A stretch of 64,000 nt of DNA from Octopus sinensis (taxonomy: Eukaryota), in assembly GCF_006345805.1 (NCBI RefSeq), contig NC_043009.1:50158001-50222000 (forward strand). The letters are read 5' to 3'. The notes below the pieces were generated by a model. That model was not told the DNA's origin, made no database searches, and saw nothing but the letters and a program-made list of their open reading frames with translations. Shown piece by piece: positions 52,297 through 64,000 of this stretch. Both the position numbers and the translations under genes were made by a program. Numbering within the stretch: the stretch's first letter is position 1; every line of letters begins with the position of its first letter.

Positions 52297-52360
52297 ATAT
52301 ATTTATGTAAATGTGTATGTGTGTGATATAAACTCTGAAAATATATACGTATATACACAT
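52198..52360. repeat. Long inverted repeat centred on (TA)n
   Basis: ATATATTTTCAGAGTTTATATCACACACATACACATTTACATAAAT (from 52212) is exactly mirrored up to 52346; three transitions in the outer extension. Confidence 0.95.
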
Positions 52361-53239
52361 ATATCGTATTATCTAAAACAAGTGTGATCAACAGAATAAA
52401 GAAAACAACAGCAACATAGATAAATAAAAATATAGCTATTAGGCTATCATATAAGAGATTACTTACTTAATTCCTAGTTAGTTCCCTTTACTGGATTCCA
52501 GCAATGCAGTTAGTTGAAATGAAATTATGGTAATGACAATGTGCAAATAATTGCTTCAAGAAAAAGAGATCACGAGTGAAAGATGCAAGAATGGTAGGTA
52601 GAAATTATCAAATAGACCATTAGATGGAAATTATTGGCTAACCCACAATTAAAAACCAGAAGACGTAAAATAAACTAAAGATACTGAAACTAAAAATGGA
52701 GACAGAGAAAAGGGAAAAGAAAATGGGAGTCGTTATTTACTGGGATTAACCAGAAATTTCAAGGAGTACAGAATCTATTTGTTTTGTCATCATTGAATTT
52801 TCTAGAAAATGGTATTCACTTGCGGCAGTAAGTCTATATAGAAGAGAAGGACATAGCAACTATAATGATAAACAAAACAGTGAAGATATTGAATAAATGA
52901 TGGCAGCTACATACATAAATACACAGATAAAAATATATGTGAAAATATATATAATGTAAACAACACACACACACATGTATGAGTATGTGTATATCTATTT
53001 GTGTGTATGTGTGTGTTCATGAGCACATATACAAACACATGGCTATAGACAGTTATATACATATGTAAGTGCATATATCCATATATGTACTCACATATGC
53101 AAACAGACATACATATATAGATGTAAACATATATGTATATATGTATAAACATACACACACACACACACATATTTGTGTATATTTATTATATTGAAACTAC
53201 ATCCTATGTTCCAACTTCATCTTTTATAATTGAAATTTT

Positions 53240-53620
53240 CTTGTTATCTGATCTGTTTAGTCTGTTTGGAATAATTTATCTTTAATTAACATTTCCAAAC
53301 TATCCTCAGCCTCATCTTCAGGAGAAAAACTAGTTTAGGCTTCTGTGATACCCTTTTTATAGTGCAGTTTATGTTTATACAAACTTTCATGCTGGAATTT
53401 GACCATTACAGAACTGGAGTTCTATATCAGAGTTGTGATGCGTAGGTGTTGTGATGCATAGATATTATATGTTAATTGTATCCCTGTCTTGCAATATTAG
53501 TTCGGCTTCCATAATCTATTATATATTTATGTAGGAAATTCTATAAAGTAAGGAAGTGTTTTCTATTAAAATATTTCACTCTAACTGCGTTTTATGGTGT
53601 GTAATGTAATGTGTTGCAAT
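53240..53620 (-). mobile_element. Decayed Penelope-like element 3' end
   Basis: Minus-strand IMEAELILQDRDTINI* (53515-53465) resembles the GIY-YIG C-terminal EA..I.....N motif; hammerhead-like core follows at 53321-53288. Confidence 0.55.
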
Positions 53621-53622
53621 TG

Positions 53623-53771
53623 ATCATCATCATCATCATCATCGTCTAACATCCGTTTTCTGTGCTAGCACAGGTTGGACGGTTCGACCGGGGTCTGGGA
53701 AGCCAGGAGGCTGCACCAGGCTCCAGTCTGATCTGGCAGTGTTTCTAAAGCTGGATGCTCTTCCTAATGCC
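53623..53771 (-). mobile_element. RTE-type 3' tail
   Basis: (CAT)n CGTCTAACATCCGTTTTCTGTGCTAGCACAGGTTGGACGG..GGATGCTCTTCCTAATGCC. Confidence 0.8.
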
Positions 53772-56684
53772 TTGTTTCAAAATCAGTCTTGAGCTTACAA
53801 GAGGATGCTGTAATAATCTGGCCAGTTGTAAGTAATATTTGGAATTATGAAGTTTTTACTTTCACTTTTATATTTAGATTTATATATTATATTGATTATC
53901 CAAAGTTTGTTCTCAAAAAGTTTTTAATCTTATCGTTCATGAAATCTACAATTAGTGTCAACCTTGTAGTGACATATAATGTGTATTGTTTTATGAGATT
54001 TTTTATTGCATGTTCATCTGTTCTATCTGGTATGCATTTGATTCCTATAATACACACCATGTGTAATATGTGCACTATATATTACACATAAGTGTCATCA
54101 ATAGCTGACTAAACAGAGTGGGAAGGTATATTAACATCTGGCTCTACTTCTATGACTTTGATGTACTAATCTGACAGTGTTTAAAGTATGTTATTTTATA
54201 CCACCCTCTGTATGCAACCTCTTTTAAGGTAAATTAAACAGTATGCCTGCAATCTATCTTCTTTATCTGTATTTCAAAGTTTTTTAGATAGGTGTAGGCT
54301 TGGCTGTGTGGTAATCTAAGTTTGAATCTGCTAAGTGTCTTCTATACTGAGAATCTCTGGATCTCATCTGTGGGCTATATATATATATATATATATAGCC
54401 ATATACGTATGCATATACACACACACACAGAAATTGCCATGCTGATGATGCACCATAAGGTAGAAAGATGTGTCCACAATTGTCCTCTTATCTCTAGGCA
54501 TTAAGTCTGTCATTTTTCTTAATGACAGACTTCAAAGAACTTTTAATTCTTGAGATAATATATCCTTCTCAGATGGGGGTGGTATCAATTACCGTTTGCT
54601 AATTGTGAAACACTCTCAAGAGGTGGAGATAATGTTAATAAATCAAGAATATACGTTACATGTTTATTATTTGATATACCTGTATTTGTCTATGTTGTAC
54701 ATTTATACACCTATTTACACACATTTATGTATATACATATATATATATAAATAAATACACATACATGTATTGACATACACATATATATATAAATACACAT
54801 GCATGTACAGACATTCAGCCATATCCAACATAAACACCTTTATATTTACATATGTTTCTATGAACACACAGACACATGCATGAATGCACTTACGCATATA
54901 CACATGTAGGTGTTTACATGCATTTATATAACAGTGCTTGTGTTTGCATGGGATATATTTCTTTTTTAACCACTCAGTTTTAAAGATTTTAGAATATTAT
55001 GTGCATGCGTATGCACCTGTGTTTGTGAGTGTGCGTGTGCGGGTGTTTGTATGAGAAAAGAATAGATAATGGTGGGTTAGTTGGTGGCGGTGGTGGTGGT
55101 GGTGGTGGTGATGCGCGTAGAGATACTTCGTATAAATTCAGATTGGAATCTGTGTTGGATATAATACAAACTGACAAATTTTTATTTTCTCTCCACTTCC
55201 TTTCCTCTTTCTATCCATTTTGGCATATACTTTCTGTTCTTCCCAAACCACCAACACTACCACCAACACCACCATCACACTCAGTTCCCTTTGTTATTTA
55301 CTTCATTTCCAATATCGTGAATCATCAGTCAAGGATTTTTCTTTTAGTTTGGGGCTAGAATAATTCTTTATTAGTCTATGTAGGAAAACCTCCCATTTTC
55401 TAAGAAGGCAGGTTTTCTTATTATATAATTCCTTATTGGCAAATCACTAAACACAAAAACAACAAAAATGAACCAACCATGTATAGATATCTACCTTATA
55501 TTTAACAGAACATTCCAAAGTTTTTCTATTCACATTCAATAACTTTATTTGATAATAGATTTAAAGATTTTTTTTGTATGAGGAAAAACATATAAATAAA
55601 ATTAAAAATCAAGAACCACAACCACAAAAGCAACAACAAAAAGAATCTATTTTTCCAGAAAATGGTTGCATTCATATTTTATCTTTCTTTAAATTTCTTC
55701 ATACTTTATTTGACAATTTCAAACTATTCTTCATGAAAGATAATTACATAAAAATTTTAGCTTATATTTTAAAGTATTTTAAGAACTGAAAAAGTTGTTT
55801 CACGTTTGATTTATCAAGATGTCGTAGCAGTATCTTAAGGAACTGGCGGCAAATTTCAACCTTATTATAATGGTTTGAATTTCACAAAAACGTCAAGGAA
55901 TTTATATTTCCTTGCTGTTTCAGTTATTATAGCAAGGAATTTATATTTTATACTTATTTTCCTCTTCATAATATCCTGAATCAGATAAAGGTTTAAAAAG
56001 CATCATACAAGTAAAAATATTTCTCCTGGCCCTTAAATCTTGAAGGCCTCATATCTGGAAGAAAAGGACCCCTCCTTCTACATCTCTAAAAGTTTTGTTT
56101 GATATAACTTGGAAAGAAACTTAGTATAAATTTTTATATCAGTGTAAAGAGAGGTTAGCAAATGAAAATATTTGCTTCATTTGAACTGAAAAGCTCTGTT
56201 CAGTAATTATCCAGGAAGCAAGTTATTCAAAATAGATACCTACTGCCAAATATTGACTTTCAGGTAAATAACCATGAAAGTGGTTTCTTAAATTTCAAGT
56301 TTAGAAGTTAAATTTGCCAAAAGACACACATATGCGAGTATAATAATCTTAGTTAAAACAAAATGTTGCTTTAGAGTACCAAGTTCTCTACTACCACACT
56401 TGTGAAACCACACCATTTACATTGCTAATAGCTTTAGTGAAATCACGAGTATTACAATTATATATTCTCAATAGTAAATCTGAGATTTAACATGCCATTA
56501 AAACCACTAAGATATGTTATAGGATGTAAATATGATATAAACTGTAACACTGTAAGTTCTCAGTGAACTCACTCTATAATCTCATTTGAAATTTTCAGAT
56601 GAAATTGTTTTCCTGTATAAACATAGAACATCCTAGGAAATGTATATCCCGCTTAAACTTATGGTTGAATAAGTAGACAAATAT

Positions 56685-57023
56685 AAAAGGGTAAAGACCC
56701 CCTTTGGTCATGAATGACCATGGGATTGCAACTAGAAAGTTACCCTCCTAGTCACAAGTCTGGGCATGGTGGTTTATGGAAGACCAGCTGTCGCCCGTGC
56801 ATACCAGCCTCCCCTCTCCACACCACCAGTGTTATCCAAGGGAAAGACAAAGGTCGATACAGCTTGGCACCAGTGACGTCGCAACTCATTTCTACAGCTG
56901 AGTGAACTGGAGCAATGTGAAATAAAGTGCCTTGCTCAAGAACACAACACGCAGCCCGGTCCGGGATTCGAGCTCACAACCTCACGATCGTAAGCTCGAC
57001 GCTCTAACCACTGAGCCATGCGC
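56685..57023 (-). mobile_element. tRNA-derived SINE family C, full length
   Basis: Minus strand GCGCATGGCTCAGTGGTTAGAGC..GAGCTCGAATCCC, then TTGAGCAAGGCACTTTATTTCAC; tail ..GGGGTCTTTACCCTTTT. Confidence 0.85.
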
Positions 57024-58466
57024 ACTGTCCTAAGAGTAAAAGAGAAAAAACAGGGGTGAGACAACTCACATATTAAGAATGATAGCACCATTTAGTGGAA
57101 AGGTTAACATTTGTATGAGAAAGGGCATAATTGATTAAACTGATCTGCTCTACACTGCATATTTGATGGTAATAAAAATTCAACATTGCAAAAATTTCCA
57201 TCCACCAGGTGGCAAAATAACAGTAAATGCTGCTAACCAAACTATCATTTTGATGGTGGTGTTGATGTTGGTGGTGTTAAGGTGTTAACGGTGGTGGTAG
57301 TGATGGTTGTTTGTGGTGATGATGAATTCTGACATTGAAACAGTGTGACAGATTTTAGGGAACAGTTCAAAGGAATAACACCCAGTATAATTAAATATCA
57401 TGAAAAAAATTAATCCAGAACTAAAGATAGCAGTCAAACCTCCCTCAAATTCTACCGTACTGTCTTAAGAAAAAACTAGAAATGACATTAAATAATTCAG
57501 TTCTGGATATAGTATGACTAAAAAAGAAAAAATAAAAGAAAAAATTTGGATAGCTGGACTCTGATCATATCTGTGGTTGATCAGGAGTAAGCTTGGATTC
57601 AACAAAAAGTTGCCACCAACTAGCTGGAAAAAATAGTTATTTGAGAATATTTGTTTCTAATACACTAGCCATAATAAATAAAAATAATAAAAGGGGGAAA
57701 AATCATTAATTTAAGCATGAAACATTATTGAAATAGGTGAAATCATAAACAACTTAGGAGGCAGAAATAAAAAAAAGCAAAAAAAATATCAGAAGAAAAG
57801 TAAATATATGTATAAAAAAAAGAGAAAAGTACATTTAATAATAAACAAAAATTGTGTGAACAATGTTTGGCTTATTGCCAAAATTATTTTCTTTATGTAA
57901 TGGTAACTTTAAGAGTAGTGAGTGGCAGGAGAGAGACTGTTCTTGTAGCCTCTCCCCTATTCTAGCCCTTACAACACCTCATAACTATTCTGACAAACCT
58001 CCACCACCAATCAACAGTTTGCTTATCTTCCCTCTGAAGTTGTTAACATAAATCTATCCTCTCCCCACCTTTCCAGATTGTTGAACCTGTAATTAGCAGG
58101 GGATAAGCAGTAGGAGGGAGGCAGGTGGTGGTGTGGTCTCCAGCCTCTCTTTGTGTGTGAAAGAGAGAGAGAGGGAGAGAGAGAGAGACAGACAGACAGA
58201 CAGAGAGAGACAGCGAGACAGAAAGAGGTGTGAGTGGGTGGGCGAATGTCTAGCTGCAGTCAACATTTACTTTGTAAATATTGACTATATAGGTTTCTGC
58301 TGTGATGAGCTACAAGTGTGTGTGTGTGTGTGTGCGTGTGTGTGCGTGTGCGTGTGTGTGTGTCTGTGTGTGTGTGTGTGTGTGCGAGCATGTGTGTGTG
58401 TATGAACCTAAACAGTGTATATACCTCCCCATCCAATTTAGTTAGTTATTGGTGGCATTTATAAGA

Positions 58467-58631
58467 ATCATCATCATCACTGTTATTATTATTATCATTA
58501 TTATTATCATTATTATTGTTATTATCATTATTATTATTATTATCATTATTATTATCATTATTATTATTATTATTATTACTATTACTATTATTATTATTAT
58601 TATTATTATCATTATTATTATCATTATTATT

Positions 58632-58684
<53 letters not shown>

Positions 58685-58712
58685 CATCATCATCATCATC
58701 ATCACCACCACC
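58467..58712. repeat. (ATT/ATC)n microsatellite grading into (CAT)n(CAC)n
   Basis: Directly visible. Confidence 0.95.
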
Positions 58713-59394
58713 ATTGCCAAGTTATCAGTGCTGATAGCCAGGATATTGAGAGCGGAGGGTGAGTGACAAAGGTGATGTAAGAGTGTTCTTTTATTTCTTT
58801 CATGTCAAACACTTTATTAACTATAAATTGCCAGCAGGAGGTAAACATTTCACCACACCACACACACACATCCCTTTTCCCTGCCCCTTAATACCCCAGC
58901 TGTTATCTAAAGCAGTAAAATAGCAGATAATTTGTTGCTTTGTCACCCCATCCTATACAGAGACCAAAGAAGCCGGCTATGAAGAAAAAAAAAATATTGT
59001 GAAAAATATGGTGGGTTAAGGAGCTGAAGGGGAAGTTGATGAAATTAGTTGATGATGAAATTAGAAGGTTGATCGCCAGGAAAATATTCTGGAGAAGGTG
59101 GGAGGAGGAGGAGGAGATAGAAGGACATCAATGAGAAATGGATAGAGAAAAAACTAGTTGATGGATGAAGATGTAAGGAAGAAGAAAAAGAGTTAGCTGT
59201 CTAGGCTGCCAGAGAAGGAAGATGTTGGATGTGAGGTAAAGTAAATAGAAAAGAGAGAGTGAGAAGATGGAAAAATTAAAGGAACAAAAAAATTAAGAGA
59301 AATGAGGGTGGCTGCATGGAAAAAGAAACAAAATAAACCTAAAACCTCAGAATATGATAAATAATTGGTATCTATGATTGAATTTTGCTGCTCA

Positions 59395-59595
59395 ATACTG
59401 TTGCTCAGTTCTGTGTTAGCCTGCCTTCATAAACTTATAATCACGTGTTCCGATCATGACTGTTCCATCTATTCAGGAGTCTCTAGATTTACATAATCTT
59501 ATGCATTCTTCATATTTTAAAGATGGTTGGTGTGATTTTGTGGAGATTCAACTGCTATTTTAAGCAGATTGAGTGACCACATAGAGGTTCCTTCA
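59395..59595 (-). mobile_element. Repeat family E copy
   Basis: GGTGTGATTTTGTGGAGATTCAACTGCTATTTTAAGCAGATTGAGTGACCAC. Confidence 0.6.
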
Positions 59596-59626
59596 TTTGC
59601 TCACCTACTCAGTAACTTCTGTGTGT

Positions 59627-59668
<42 letters not shown>

Positions 59669-61205
59669 TGTGTATGAGAGAGAGAGAGATGGGTGATACT
59701 GTACTTATTGCATTATTGCTGCGATATCTATCATATAACACTGCTTATCATATAACACTATCTCAGAAGAGTTGTTAATACGATAATAATTGTTCAGACT
59801 AATTAATCTCATCTTGTGAGATGAATGCTTTTTTTAGTGTTTACATCTAAGCTGTATTTTAATAAATTTCATCTCTTATAATCATCAGGGGTTTTATTCC
59901 TGAATCTGAAAACTTTAAGTTCTTCATCACTGAAGAGGAATCAAATTTATTTGGGGTATAATCTTAAGACCACACCGTATTTGGTACACAGTGGTGATAA
60001 GGATTATCTAGCAAGATAATAGTCAAAACATTTATTGAGGCATTAACTGTTAGGGTTAACAAAGACACACTTCATCTCTGTTCTTGCACAGAGGCTGATG
60101 ATTGTAAGGGTTAAGTTTGAAAAATATATAAAGATGAGCTGCAAAATGGACAATACACTTAATAGTTAACAGGTTAATTAATATAGCAGCATCTAGAGCC
60201 GAGTGGCCGTGACAAAGAGGCAAGTAAATATGGTAATACTCTGTGGATATAATGGTTATTATGCAGGGAAATACTTTAATGAGTATGCCAACACTAAAGT
60301 GGTGGGAGCAACATGTCACAGAAACTGGAGAAATTTTCCAAGAAGATGAGACAAGTGGCATTTAGGAAGGTATCTATCTAACTGGGATTATTTATTGAAA
60401 AGCTTCCAGATATAAAACTTGTGATTAATGGGCCCAGAATATCTTTAAATATATCTCACAAGAGAACCTTAAAGACCGGCTTAATACAGGCTATCTCACT
60501 ATCTGAGGGTGATCTATCAATATGTTATGAACATTACTGAGGCATGCATGGATGAACACACGTGCACACACATGCACACGCATACACGTGAATGCATACA
60601 AGTGTGCTGTCTATGTATGCATACACAGCTAAATGTATTAATGAACCTATCTGTAATGCAATCTCTCTAAATCATGATGAAATACCTAAAACTCAAAACC
60701 TGCTCTAACATTAATGCATTCATATGATTGGTGACCATCAACCTGCAAAGGATATATGCAATACAAGTGCAACGCTCACCTATGTAGCTGCAATAATAAT
60801 AACAGGTACTGCATAAATAAACAAAATCAAACTATTCAGAGGCAGATGATAGGATACATTCATGCAGCGCTTAACTGATAAATTCTTTAAATAATATAGC
60901 ACAAATAAAAAGTGAGCCTCTTACAAACAAAGCAAGATGGGATTGCCAAAATTGCCATTGAACGAGTGGCATTATTTGATTGGAAAATGAAAATATAGTT
61001 TTATTACTATGTCTCAATTTATTTGGTAGTTCTTGGATGAAGCTACTTCTTAATCAAGAATTTATGTCATATGGTATTTGATATATCTGTATTTGTCTAT
61101 GCTGTTCAAAGATAAGCCATTGGCCAGTCTGAGTTATTTCTCTTAGCTCATTTTTGTTTTAATTATATTTACATATATATACCCATAGCTACAGATTCAT
61201 GTGTA

Positions 61206-61265
<60 letters not shown>

Positions 61266-61287
61266 GACAAACGTATATATATGCATA

Positions 61288-61476
61288 GCTGGTGCCATAT
61301 GAAGACACCCGCCACACACTGTAGAATGGTTGGTATTAGGAAGCACATCCAGCCATAGAAACCAAGCCAAATCAGACTGGAATCTAGTGCAGATCTCTGG
61401 CTTGCCACCTCAGGTCAAGTTGTCCAACCCATGCTAGTGTGAAAAACAGACATTAAAGGATGATGATAATAATGAT
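61288..61476 (+). mobile_element. RTE-type 3' UTR and tail
   Basis: ATCCAGCCATAGAAACC..TCCAACCCATGCTAGTGTGAAAAACAGACATTAAAGGATGATGAT. Confidence 0.75.
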
Positions 61477-61483
61477 GGAAATT

Positions 61484-61532
<49 letters not shown>

Positions 61533-61707
61533 GATATATATATATATATATATATAATATATATATATATATTATATATATGCATGAATATACATATAGA
61601 TATATATGCACATAAATATGCAAATACTTGCATACACAGATAAATATGAATACACATTATGTGCACGTGTATGTTCACATGAATTCTTCTCTCTCTCTCA
61701 CCCTCTC

Positions 61708-61747
<40 letters not shown>

Positions 61748-62194
61748 GAGAGAGGGTGGAAGACAGACAGACAGACAGAAACAGTAGAGTTGAATTATCC
61801 AACAGTTAGGAAAAAATGTTTCTTCAGGATTAAGATGACAAAGGAGAGAAATGGGAAAAACCAGCAGGTATTTACATCCTTTCTGGCAGCAACTGATGGG
61901 GAAGGCAAGATAATGTGGACCTGCAAAAATTAGCATGAGAGAGAAATACGAGAGACAGGGAGAAGGAAATAGAAATGAAAAGTGGTATACAAGTGGGTGA
62001 AGGTGTGGTGGAGGGAGAAATGCATGTGGAATGGAAGGGAGCTAAAAAGGATAGGAATGGATTTGCTGAAGCAAAAGGGGTGAAAGAGTAGAAGAAAAAA
62101 ATATGCTCATATAAACCCTTCCATCTTTGTCTTTTTTACTCCTAACAACCTGAACCTCAAAGAAGGACTGTCCAAAATTTTGGATACCCCACGC

Positions 62195-63285
62195 TTGGTC
62201 ATCTAGGCAATGGGAGTTATCAACTACTTCTAGTTTATTCCCCTGGCATGTGATGAAATCTGTTTTCTGTATATCTTCAGTGCTTATTACTCCTGTGCAT
62301 TTGCCACACACAAAAACTATCTTCCCAGTTAGCTTTCCTTTAATATTGCTGCATCTCTTCTGTGTCCATAGCTTACACTGGGCACATATTATGGAGTTTC
62401 TACCTGAGCCTTTTCTACAGATTGAGCAGGGCCATCTACCTGAAGGGGTTTGTGATTTGTCTGCCTTCCTACTTACTAAGACTTTGGTTTTTGCTAGATT
62501 GACTCTTCATTCTAGACTTTGCTTCTACACCTGAAACTTCTTCTCTAGTTCTGGTAGTGACTCAGCTATTAGAGAAAGGTCACCAGCATAGAGGAGCTCC
62601 TAGGGGCAGCCTGTCTTGAATTCCTCTGTTATTGCCTGGAGGACTATGAATAAGAGGGCACTGAGGATTGATCCTTGGTGAACCCTACTTCTACCTGGAA
62701 TTCTTCACTATACTCATTGCCAACCCTCACCTTACTGACATCTCTCCCTGTACAAGGCTTGTACAGCTCTCACCAACAACTCATCTATCCCTAGTTTCCA
62801 CACCGACCACCAGATAAGGGATCGGGGAACCCTATCAAAGGCTTTCTCCATGTCAATGAAAGCCAAGTACAGAGGTTTATTTTTGGCTATGAATTTCTCC
62901 TGCAGCTGTCTTACCAGAAATACAGCATCAGTGGTGCTTCTCCCTGGTACAAACTCAAACTGCATCTCATCTAAACTAACTCTCTTCCTAATTAGTTGGG
63001 CCATGACCCTCTCCATGACTTTCATCACCTGATCCAATAATTTGATACCTCTGTAATTATCCCTATCTAATGTGTCACCTTTACCTTTGTAGCAGTTGAG
63101 TATAGTGCTGTTACACCAGTCATTGAGTATGACTCCTTCATGTATCACCTGGTTGACTATACAGGTGAGTAGACTATAGCCTACACTGCCAGATATTTTA
63201 AGGACTTCAGCAGTGATTCCTGATGGGCTGGGGGCTCTCCCTGTCTTCATACCCTTTATTGCTTTATCTACCAAGGTACTGTCAA
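62195..63285 (-). pseudogene. RTE-clade non-LTR retrotransposon reverse transcriptase fragment (dead), with a PHD-like finger
   Basis: ORF 62732-63310: YKGKGD..NYRGIKLL, QFEFVPGRSTTDA, AFIDMEKAFDRVPR; frameshift near 62732; P*ELLYAGD (stop at 62600-62602, YADD>YAGD); LEVVDNSHCLDDQ. Confidence 0.93.
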
Positions 63286-63300
63286 TATATATATATATGT

Positions 63301-63580
63301 AAAGGCACATGGGTTAGTGGTTAGCCTATCCAGCTCACAATCATAAGGTCATTAACTCAATTTCTAGCAGTGCATTGTCATTGAGCAAGACACTATTTCA
63401 CATTGCAACAGTCTACTCAGCTGGCAAAGATGAGTAGTGCTTCAAATTCAAAGGCCCAAACTTGTCACATGTTATATTTGAATCTTCCTCTGAACTACAT
63501 TAAGGGTACATGTATCTGAAGAGTGCTCAGCTAGTTGCACGCTAATTTCATAAGCAGGCTATTCTACTGACATCGACCAC
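63301..63580 (+). mobile_element. Decayed tRNA-derived SINE: family C-like head with a different 3' body
   Basis: GGCACATGGGTTAGTGGTTAG..TTGAGCAAGACACTATTTCACATTGC..CTCAGCTGGCAAAGATGAGT shared with 56685-57023, then unrelated sequence. Confidence 0.75.
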
Positions 63581-63607
63581 TTTCGGATATATATATATAT
63601 ATAATAT

Positions 63608-63645
<38 letters not shown>

Positions 63646-63674
63646 TTAGATATATATATATATGTATATATATA

Positions 63675-63718
<44 letters not shown>

Positions 63719-63774
63719 CCACACACACATACATACATATACATACATACACATATATATGTGTGTTGTTTGTG

Positions 63775-63807
<33 letters not shown>

Positions 63808-63925
63808 ATACATGTTTTGTGTGTATATATGTATGTATGTAGAATCATGAATGTATGTAGATTCATGTATATATATATGTAGAAACATGTGTATGTATAT
63901 ATATATGTGTGTAGATAGATGCATA

Positions 63926-63982
<57 letters not shown>

Positions 63983-64000
63983 ATGTGTGTGTGTGTATGC

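Noticed and set aside
52470-52690. Strong minus-strand pyrimidine tract with AA|GTAAGT donor
   Set aside because: No open frame; cannot be separated from chance without RNA data.
56950-57023. tRNA-like sequence as a tRNA gene (also 50730-50806 and 31676-31760)
   Set aside because: Each continues into a SINE body, and I could not fold a complete acceptor stem.
61288-63285. Plus-strand RTE tail and minus-strand RT fragment as one twin-primed insertion
   Set aside because: The inverted segment lies on the wrong side of the tail for twin priming.

Overview
AT-rich, microsatellite-saturated eukaryotic DNA with no confidently identifiable intact protein-coding gene. The SINE families, the RTE-LINE tails ending in (GAT)n and the density of (TA)n/(CA)n point to an octopod cephalopod (Octopus-like) intronic or intergenic region; this is recognition from memory, not a database result. 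Content: at least five interspersed SINE-like families, a dead RTE reverse transcriptase fragment carrying a PHD-type finger (62.2-63.3 kb), two TTAA-flanked piggyBac-like MITEs, Penelope-like remnants, two minisatellites and very long microsatellites. Nearly all supplied ORFs are translations of simple repeats. The most notable signal is a set of short elements embedded in (TA)n that carry minimal type-I hammerhead ribozyme cores with covarying stems (37.3 kb, 46.4 kb), plus a third core downstream of a decayed GIY-YIG-like C-terminus (53.3 kb) and a more divergent candidate (29.6 kb). Other signals: a long (TA)n-centred palindrome, nested SINEs, and weak hints of a minus-strand spliced transcript. 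Boundaries of decayed repeats are approximate.
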